Assembly: GCF_004010195.1 (NCBI RefSeq)
Contig: NC_057711.1
Span: forward strand, 73,903,399-73,942,117
DNA from: Chiloscyllium plagiosum
Lineage: Eukaryota
Length of the DNA: 38,719 bases
Direction: 5' to 3'
Below the pieces are notes generated by a model, which saw only the letters and a list, made by a program, of their open reading frames with translations, searched no databases and was not told the DNA's origin. Below, piece by piece: positions 37,568 to 38,719 of this stretch (position 1 is its first letter; each line of letters begins with the position of its first letter). The translations under genes and the position numbers were made by a program.

Positions 37568-37788
37568 CACACAAATGAGAAATGTGGTTTTTGAGTTTTA
37601 CGACTAATAGGATGTGAGGTATGGAGGCAATATGCACTAATGACTGTCAGACCATATCAAATAACAGTTCACAGCAGACGGCAGGCTGGTTGTGGGCAAC
37701 CATCCCATCATTGCAAAACAGAGAACATAGTGTCCAACATTAGATGTGATTCTGCCATTGAACAAATTCTACTAAGTAATCCCAGAAT
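37568..37788 (-). pseudogene. Upstream (non-motor) exon with three in-frame TGA codons
   Basis: Acceptor aattcttag, donor TG|gtaaac. Reads ILGLLSRICSMAESHLMLDTMFSVLQ*WDGCPQPACRLL*TVI*YGLTVISAYCLHTSHPISRKTQKPHFSFV(W). Its phase-2 end joins the next exon as TG+G=Trp. Confidence 0.7.
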
Positions 37789-37875
37789 CTAAGAATTACA
37801 CAGGAAATCAATTTAAGATTGTCATTCGGCCCAACAGTGTGGTTCATTTGCATGTGCAAGAAGCCAAATATATAC

Positions 37876-38719
37876 TGTTATGAAGTTGAAGGTGTTTACT
37901 GTACCTTTAAGAGAGAGTAAATGCTGTTCTGCACTGAGAGCTTATAACACTTGTCATATGAGTAGCTAGCAATCGCAAGAGTGTACTGGAAAATTGAAAA
38001 TACGTAAGATTTGGCTGTGAAATGAATACCTGAGGTGGTTGCTGTTTTGACAACACTTTCAGAGTTAAAGAACAAATTAATATTATTTTCTTTAAGTAGT
38101 GGAATTTAGGAGTTCTACCAGGAGAGGTGAGCATTTCTGGGTGTTTAGTTTAATTAACATAAGGGCTCACCTCAATGTTGCAACAGTTTGGGGGCTCGGA
38201 TCTGTGGTTTGGACAGAATCCAGTCTGAGGTGTGGACAGATTTGAACAGATTTGGAGTATGAAAGATCCCAGCAGATTTAAAACTTGCTGATTAGTGTCC
38301 TAGATCTTTAAATAAAGCGTGGGTGAGATAAGTTGTTTAATTTTGGTTACTTGTGGTTGATTAAATTAAAAGTGTGAGAAATAGCTCTTAAGATTGCTAA
38401 AGAGGTTCTGGGGTTTGAAGACGATTCCTAAGATTGCCAAGAAAGGTTGGAATGACAGCGAAAGGCCATACTTTTAGAATTAGTAGCTAGGTTAGAATTG
38501 GATCTCACCATAGGCAAAAGGAAAGCTGAAATTGTAATGGAGTTAGTCAAACATTTAGATGTATCAGAAAAACAGATAAGTGCAGTAGAGTTAAATAAAC
38601 TTAAATTGCAGTTGAGGCAAATGGAGTAAGAAGATAAAGAAAGGGAAAGAAGAGCTATGAGAGAAGAGAAAGAGAAAGAGAGAGAGAGAAAGAGATAGAT
38701 ACAGAGAGAGAGAGAAAGA
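37876..38719 (+). mobile_element. Gypsy-like LTR retrotransposon 5' end: LTR 37876-38185, tRNA-Pro PBS, degenerate gag
   Basis: TGTTA...CAACA ends; TGGGGGCTCG at 38189-38198 matches the start of the tRNA-Pro PBS TGGGGGCTCGTCCGGGAT; from 38381 (ATA)ALKIAKEVLGFEDDS*...KAEIVMELVKHL...KLKLQLRQME*EDKERE with stops; runs off the window. Confidence 0.75.

Larger units (their letters stand above)
6004..37788 (-). pseudogene. Kinesin-14 gene of the KCBP/kinesin-C type (C-terminal motor plus calmodulin-binding helix); 3' 13 exons, 5' end outside window; probable unprocessed pseudogene or truncated gene
   Basis: Exons 37568-37788, 35645-35778, 32348-32445, 31080-31222, 28998-29099, 24973-25072, 23692-23884, 20183-20363, 17393-17603, 14119-14279, 11283-11485, 8502-8580 and 6004-6051 join in phase (the 31080 junction needs a GC donor and the 29097 acceptor). 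Motifs: neck LRKKYCNMVEDLKGKI, P-loop [37 protein letters not shown]. In-frame stops at 37708, 37669, 37657, 31208, 31172 and 8523. Confidence 0.75.

Noticed and set aside
37657..37710. Three in-frame TGA codons read as selenocysteine or programmed readthrough
   Set aside because: The same gene also has TAG and TAA stops, CGA>TGA decay explains them simply, and I could not identify a SECIS element.

Overview
AT-rich, repeat-dense eukaryotic DNA. The HE1/V-SINE, Deu-domain SINE, CR1 and Penelope-like repeats point to a cartilaginous fish (shark); this is inferred from recalled repeat families, not from a search. The main feature is the 3' part of a minus-strand, multi-exon kinesin-14 gene of the KCBP (kinesin-like calmodulin-binding protein) / sea-urchin kinesin-C type. 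I reconstructed 13 exons by hand (37788 down to 6004) with consistent splice phases. They contain no frameshifts but six in-frame stops: five upstream of the motor and one between the neck mimic and the calmodulin-binding helix. Several normally invariant motor residues are also substituted. The gene is therefore either a decaying unprocessed pseudogene or a remnant that could still encode a 381-aa neck+motor protein lacking Ca2+/calmodulin control. Other features: a ~540-660 bp inverted duplication around a probable Harbinger relic, Penelope-like inserts with minimal hammerhead-ribozyme cores, recent tandem duplications, and the 5' LTR, PBS and gag start of a Gypsy-like element at the right edge. 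No CRISPR array, rRNA or true tRNA gene was seen.
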